Shown piece after piece: positions 59,010 through 64,000 of a DNA stretch of 64,000 nucleotides. Source of the DNA: a bacterium (GTDB lineage Bacteria; RBG-13-61-14; DATKZS01). The translations under genes were made by a program, and so were the position numbers. The stretch spans positions 32,001 through 96,000 of the forward strand of contig CAXXFL010000005.1 of assembly GCA_963674965.2 (NCBI GenBank), in the 5' to 3' direction. The notes beneath the pieces were generated by a model. It saw nothing but the letters and a program-made list of their open reading frames with translations. It was not told where the DNA came from and ran no database searches. How positions within the stretch are numbered: position 1 is the first letter of the stretch; every line of letters starts with the position of its first letter.

Positions 59010-60884
59010 TTAGAACTCGAAGTACGCCTTTCCCGCCGCGGGGGCCCCGATGAGGAGGTCGGCGTAGCCGTCGCCGTTATAGTCGGCCATTCCCGCGATG
59101 GAGGAGCCGAATCCGTCGCCGGGCTCATCGGAGGTAATCGACCTTGCTGGAGTCATGCCGTCAAGCACGGGCCCATAGTAGAAATAACAGGTCCCCTCCC
59201 CGGGCGCGCAGACGACCAGGTCGTCGATGGCGTCCGAGTTGAGGTCTCCCGGGCCCATGATCGCCGTCCCGAAACCCGCGCCCGCGTTGACGGCGGAAAT
59301 GACCGCCCCCGCGTCGGCGTCGGTCCTTACAAGGCCGGGCTCGGCGTCGGGGGGGAAAATCACGCTGTTGCCGAAGAAAACGTAAACCGTCTCTCCACCC
59401 GCTATGGCTATATCGTTGTCCAGGTCCTCGGTATCCGCTCCCTCGAGCTTGGAGGCGGCCACGATGCTTTTGCCGAACCTCGCTCCCGGCTCCGTGCCGC
59501 GAATGACCACGTCGGCGTCCTCCGCCGCCAGGTCCAGAATAACGGGACCGTTTAGCATGGCCTCCTCCCAGTCGATCGCGCCCTCGAGGCCGCCGAAGAA
59601 AATATATACCGCGCCCGCGCCGCCGTTAAAGCCGGGCGCCCCGACGGCCACGTCGTTGATCCCGTCTCCCGATACGTCCCCCAGTGAGGCCAGGGTGAAG
59701 CCCAGACTGTCGCCGGCGTTCTCGGCCAGAATGATCGCGTCGGGCCTGGTGGCCATCCTGTCGCCTTTGAACACGTATACGGCCCCGCCTCCTCCCTTGC
59801 CGGGAGCTCCCACCATAAAGTGATACCTGGCGTCCCCGGCTTTCTCGAGGTTGAAGGCCGGACAAATCGAGGCCCCGAAGCGGTCACCGGCGCTGTCGCC
59901 CTCGATGACGAGGTCGGCGTCGGCGGTCGCATAGGCGGGATCCACGTCCTCGCCTCCATAGTACAGGTAAACCGCGCCGGCGTTGGCGGCCGCTCCGACG
60001 TCATGGCCCGGGGCGCCCACGGCGACGACGTTGTCCCCTCCGTAATTTACCAGGTACACTCCGGCGGCGGAGGACGCGAACTCCTCGGCCGGGTCCCCGG
60101 TAATGGTGGACAAGGTCCTCAGCCGGGGAATCACCCGCATCACTTTCAGCCCGTTCGGATTTTCCATCTTTTTAATCAGGTCTTCGGGTTTCTCGCCTCT
60201 CATTATCCTGGCCACGCCGGCAACCGGGTCGGCCACCAACATGTCGTATTCGTCATCGCCGTTCATATCGCCGGTGGCGGAAACCCTGGTCCCGAACCCG
60301 GGGGAGCCCGCGGTATCTCCGTCGTTGGGGTAGATGGTCACGTGAAGAATATAGCTTTGCACCGGGCCGACCACGTTGCTGAGGGGAGACTCGTGGGTCA
60401 CGTCGTCGATGGCCCTCATCGCCAGCCAGATGGAATCGCCGGGGACCAGCCGGGGAAGAAAGCTTTGCTCGAGGCTTCCCGCGTCGCTCGGATAAGGCTC
60501 GCCCACGAGCTTGTGGGCGTCTTTCCAGCGGGTAAGGAAAGCGTCCTTGACCTCGCCCGTCCATCCCCAGTCCACAAGGTCCTGGCCCTTGATATAGCGA
60601 ATGTCGTAGGCCGCGGCCCTTCCCGAGGTCCCGTCGTCGCCCTTGGCCGTCCAGGCCAGTATCCTGGTGTTGATCTCTCCAGAGGTGTCCCCCACCGTGA
60701 CCCGCGCTCCGTTCCAGTCGAGGGCGTCGTACTGGCTGAAGAAATTCACGTCCTGGATGACGCCAGGTCCGGAGTCGTCCTCCTCGAATACGCAAGAAAA
60801 CCCCATCAATAAGGCGAACTGGCACGCCGTAATCGCCACGATAAGGCAGATTTTGATTTTGTCCGGCAATGGCCTTGGTTCCAT
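59010..60884 (-). CDS. FG-GAP (integrin-alpha-like propeller) protein with an FN3-like N-terminal domain; probable lipoprotein
   Basis: Repeated GDxNGDG..D..VGAP...G..Y units; WTAKGDDG...YDIRY; GFSC after a hydrophobic stretch; GGAGG upstream of ATG 60884. Confidence 0.82.
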   Translation of the reverse strand: MEPRPLPDKIKICLIVAITACQFALLMGFSCVFEEDDSGPGVIQDVNFFSQYDALDWNGARVTVGDTSGEINTRILAWTAKGDDGTSGRAAAYDIRYIKGQDLVDWGWTGEVKDAFLTRWKDAHKLVGEPYPSDAGSLEQSFLPRLVPGDSIWLAMRAIDDVTHESPLSNVVGPVQSYILHVTIYPNDGDTAGSPGFGTRVSATGDMNGDDEYDMLVADPVAGVARIMRGEKPEDLIKKMENPNGLKVMRVIPRLRTLSTITGDPAEEFASSAAGVYLVNYGGDNVVAVGAPGHDVGAAANAGAVYLYYGGEDVDPAYATADADLVIEGDSAGDRFGASICPAFNLEKAGDARYHFMVGAPGKGGGGAVYVFKGDRMATRPDAIILAENAGDSLGFTLASLGDVSGDGINDVAVGAPGFNGGAGAVYIFFGGLEGAIDWEEAMLNGPVILDLAAEDADVVIRGTEPGARFGKSIVAASKLEGADTEDLDNDIAIAGGETVYVFFGNSVIFPPDAEPGLVRTDADAGAVISAVNAGAGFGTAIMGPGDLNSDAIDDLVVCAPGEGTCYFYYGPVLDGMTPARSITSDEPGDGFGSSIAGMADYNGDGYADLLIGAPAAGKAYFEF

Positions 60885-61178
60885 CCGGTCCCTCCCGGCC
60901 CCGGCAAGGGCCAATGGATTGAAAGTTCGCGATACCGGGCCGGAAACCTCCAGTTGACCCGGCGGTTTCGTTCGCGCTCGATATCCTGTATTTACCCGCG
61001 AGATACAAACATTGTAATTTGAATGTTCCCCTACCGCAAGGCGGGGACCTGGGAAGTGGAGGACCCGTTTCAGTCAGGGCACTCCGGGGGCGTCCCGGAC
61101 GTTTCCGGGCACGATTTTTTCGCCTCTGTTGACAGCGTCAAGGTCCAGGTGCTAATTATTAAATAAGGAAGGTGTAAA

Positions 61179-62021
61179 ATGAGTCCCACTATTTCGACCA
61201 AAAAGAGCAAGCAAAAACGGAAACTGGCCAAATCCAACCAGGCCAAGCGCCGTGAAAAGATCATACTACTTTCCGTTATCATCGGCGGTTCGGTAAGCGT
61301 CCTTCTCCATCTGTTCATCCAGATAGGGGTCGCGTCGAGCGCCGCGGACGAGCGGGAAAGCGAGATATATTACATGCGGGCCGACCGGGTGCTGGACCTC
61401 GAGGAGGACGCGGCCAAGTTCGAGCGCGAGCTTCGAGTGGCCAAGAACGCCTCGACGGAAAACACCGCCGGCTTGAAAAGGGCCAAGGAGTTCGAGCGCC
61501 GCCGGGCGCTGGACCCGGCCTTCGCCGTGACCGATTTCGAGAAGAACATGCTCGAGATGCAGCGGATCGGCCAGGACCCGAGCGTTGCTCCCAACGAGGC
61601 TTTGGAGCGCATAGCCAAGCTGGCGAGCCCCCCCAAGTCGGGAGTGGGCGTGTTCGAGGACGGGGAGGGCCTTTACCGGGTCGAGGTCGCCTTCCCCTAC
61701 GGCAAGGTGGTGGAGGACAACGCCAGGATAGAAAAGGACCTTGACGGCATATACCTCCAGGTGCGCCGCGAGGCCGCGGGCATAGCGCGGGACATTCTTG
61801 CCTTTGGCGCCGGCCGCGGGGTCACGGGCGTGACGGTCAGTTGCCAGGACAACGTGACTATCAAGGGGCGGGAAAAGGACAAGCGCAAGGAGCGCCGGGA
61901 CATGTACATTATCTCGGCCGTCCCCGGCGGTCTGGACTGGTCGGCCATGAGCAGGGGCGAGGCGGAGAAGGCCTGCAAAAAGGTACGGGACGTGTTCCCC
62001 CGCATGTTGAAGAACCGTTGA
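61179..62021 (+). CDS. Hypothetical membrane-anchored protein
   Basis: Basic N-terminus, single TM, host-like codon usage, AAGGAAGG RBS. Confidence 0.7.
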   Translation: MSPTISTKKSKQKRKLAKSNQAKRREKIILLSVIIGGSVSVLLHLFIQIGVASSAADERESEIYYMRADRVLDLEEDAAKFERELRVAKNASTENTAGLKRAKEFERRRALDPAFAVTDFEKNMLEMQRIGQDPSVAPNEALERIAKLASPPKSGVGVFEDGEGLYRVEVAFPYGKVVEDNARIEKDLDGIYLQVRREAAGIARDILAFGAGRGVTGVTVSCQDNVTIKGREKDKRKERRDMYIISAVPGGLDWSAMSRGEAEKACKKVRDVFPRMLKNR

Positions 62022-62031
62022 GGTATGCAAG

Positions 62032-62568
62032 ATGATTCAGCGATTGATCGGCGTAATTGTGACCATTCTAATTCTGCACGCGGCCATAGGCATATTCTTT
62101 CTCCTGAGGAACGAGAGCAATAAGACGGAGCATCAGGAATACGTCAAGGAGACGCGCTACGCCTGGGAGGCGGAGGACGCCGACCGGAGAAGAGAGCAGG
62201 AAAGAAGGCTGCGCGAGGAATACGGGACCAATGATATAGATCGCGTGGCTTACGACCCCAAGCTTTCGCTCCCGGTTTCGGTGAGAAAGCTCTTCGAGGC
62301 GGTCATGCCCTCCGAGTACGACTTGGAGGTCCGGGTCCACCGTTTCACCGAGGTCGAGGTTTTCGTGAACGTTTACAACATGCCTCAGGCCCCGGTGCTG
62401 GCGGGGTACTTAAAGGAAGTGTTTTCCCGGATAGACCCGGATTTGGTTTACATGGTCATCTTCACGGATGGAGACCGTTTCAGGATCGTCACCAACGAGA
62501 TGCTCACGGCGGTGGACGACTGGCAAACCGCCGACGTGGAGGAAATCAAGAGGCACTGCCTCCCCTGA
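62032..62568 (+). CDS. Hypothetical membrane-anchored protein
   Basis: N-terminal TM then charged helix; starts 10 bp after the previous gene; GAGG RBS. Confidence 0.7.
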   Translation: MIQRLIGVIVTILILHAAIGIFFLLRNESNKTEHQEYVKETRYAWEAEDADRRREQERRLREEYGTNDIDRVAYDPKLSLPVSVRKLFEAVMPSEYDLEVRVHRFTEVEVFVNVYNMPQAPVLAGYLKEVFSRIDPDLVYMVIFTDGDRFRIVTNEMLTAVDDWQTADVEEIKRHCLP

Positions 62569-62598
62569 AGCTTTGCTTTTATTATAAGGGCGGAGCGG

Positions 62599-64000
62599 TC
62601 AGCCCTCATCTCTTTTGGTCAAATAGTAGTCCTCGATTATTTGCCTGGCGATAACTCCGGCGATGGCCCCTCCCGACCCGCCGTGCTCGACCATCACCAC
62701 CATGGCTATCCTCGGGGCCTCGGCGGGCGCGTAGGCTATAAACCAGGCGTGGTCCCTGTATTTATAAGGCACCTCCTCGATCGGTCTCCCCTGGTACCTC
62801 TTGGAAACCTCGGCCGTTCCCGTTTTGCCGGCGATCCTGATAAGGTCGCTATGGGCGTGTTTTCTCGCGGTGCCTTTCGGGTCCTCGACGACCATCTCCA
62901 TGGACGTCCTGAGCACCCTGGCCGTGCCGGGCCCGTAAAGTTCCCCGGTAAGAGCCTGGGGCTTATAAACGCTGACGGGCTCGTTTCTGGCGTTCTCGAA
63001 GTGATGTATAAGCTGGGGCTTCATTATCACGCCGTCGTTGGCCGCGGCCGCTGGGATGAGAACGGCCTGGAGCGGCGTGATCAGCATCCATCCCTGCCCA
63101 ATGGACACGTGGAGAGTCTCCCCCGGGTACCAGGGCTTGTTGAAGCGGGCGCGTTTCCATTCCTTGTCCGGAATCAAGCCCGAGCGCTCTCCCTCCAGTC
63201 CTATGCCCACCTCTTTTCCCAGTCCGAACTTTCGCGACCACTCGGAAATTTTATCTATCCCGAGTTTTTCTCCCAGCATGTAGAAGTACACGTCGCAAGA
63301 TTCGGTCAGGGCCCGATAAAGGTCCAGGCTTCCGTGGCCGTATTTGTTCCAGCACCCGAACCTCGTGTCCTTAATCGTGTAATATCCTTCGCATTTGAAG
63401 GTGGTCGTGGGCCTTATTACCTGTTCCTCCAGCCCGGCGGCGGCCATCACTATCTTGAATATGGACCCGGGCGGGTATGCCCCCGCTATGGCCCTGTTGA
63501 GAAGGGGCTTCTCGGGGGAATCGGCCAGGCTTTTCCAGTCCTCCGGCGACACCTTGCTCTCGAAGATTTTGGGGTCGTATCCGGGCGAACTGAGGAGGGC
63601 CAGTATTTCTCCCGTCTTGACGTCCACTACGACCACGCTTCCTCTTTTTCCCTCCATGTGCCCGGCGGCTATGCGCTGAAGCTCGAGGTCGATGGTAAGG
63701 ACGACGGAATTTCCCGGAGAAACTGGTCGGGACATTTCCTCGAGTTCCCTGATTCTCTTGGAGTAGTCCAGTCTTCCCGGCAGTCCTCCGGTCCCGGCCT
63801 CGGTCGAAAGGTCCCTTCCCCTGGCGTCCACCAGTTTGAAGGCCACTCCGGCCCATCCATGCAGGGTCCTTTCCATGGTCCTCTCGACGCCGGTCCTGCC
63901 CACCCTGTCACCCGGCCTGTAGCCGGCGAACTCGGGGGACGTGAGCATCTCGGGCGTGATCTCGCCCATGTATCCCAGGACGTGGCTCACGAAGGGAGCG
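62599..64000 (-). CDS. mrdA: Penicillin-binding protein 2, C-terminal part (starts outside the window)
   Basis: HVLGY.GE, YPPGSIFK (SxxK), SCDVYFY (SxD), AGKTGTA, DHAWF, EHGGSG. Confidence 0.92.
   Translation of the reverse strand, partial: APFVSHVLGYMGEITPEMLTSPEFAGYRPGDRVGRTGVERTMERTLHGWAGVAFKLVDARGRDLSTEAGTGGLPGRLDYSKRIRELEEMSRPVSPGNSVVLTIDLELQRIAAGHMEGKRGSVVVVDVKTGEILALLSSPGYDPKIFESKVSPEDWKSLADSPEKPLLNRAIAGAYPPGSIFKIVMAAAGLEEQVIRPTTTFKCEGYYTIKDTRFGCWNKYGHGSLDLYRALTESCDVYFYMLGEKLGIDKISEWSRKFGLGKEVGIGLEGERSGLIPDKEWKRARFNKPWYPGETLHVSIGQGWMLITPLQAVLIPAAAANDGVIMKPQLIHHFENARNEPVSVYKPQALTGELYGPGTARVLRTSMEMVVEDPKGTARKHAHSDLIRIAGKTGTAEVSKRYQGRPIEEVPYKYRDHAWFIAYAPAEAPRIAMVVMVEHGGSGGAIAGVIARQIIEDYYLTKRDEG

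Noticed and set aside
62021-62031. AGGTATGCAAG is an exact inverted match to 3333-3343
   Set aside because: An 11 bp match is plausible by chance, and it lies ~550 bp from the inferred breakpoint; not used as evidence.

Overview
GC-rich (about 60%), gene-dense bacterial chromosome segment. Gene content and order (ilvC-psd-pssA-leuA; iorAB-paaK-ACT-paaK; xseB-ispA-dxs-tlyA) suggest an anaerobic, Gram-negative deltaproteobacterium-like organism (inference). Mostly housekeeping genes, plus: (1) a 12 kb aryl-acid uptake/activation cluster (IorAB, two PaaK ligases, ACT protein, DcaP-like porin, Liv-type ABC transporter); (2) one complete IS630 element inserted in a stop codon; (3) a lower-GC MBOAT gene with a partner gene; (4) several secreted surface proteins, notably a ~2560 aa adhesin with four 7-repeat LVIVD propellers and a eukaryote-like C-type lectin inserted into an acidic DxDGDG stalk. 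It shares a 'YQGR.TD.SG...TPR..xTS.P.A' domain with a second secreted protein. Window-scale signals: CTCGAG is strongly over-represented, and rodA and mrdA lie as if split by a ~59 kb inversion, with similar sequences at both inferred breakpoints. I saw no tRNA, rRNA, CRISPR array or reverse transcriptase. All calls come from motif recognition by eye; no database searches were run.
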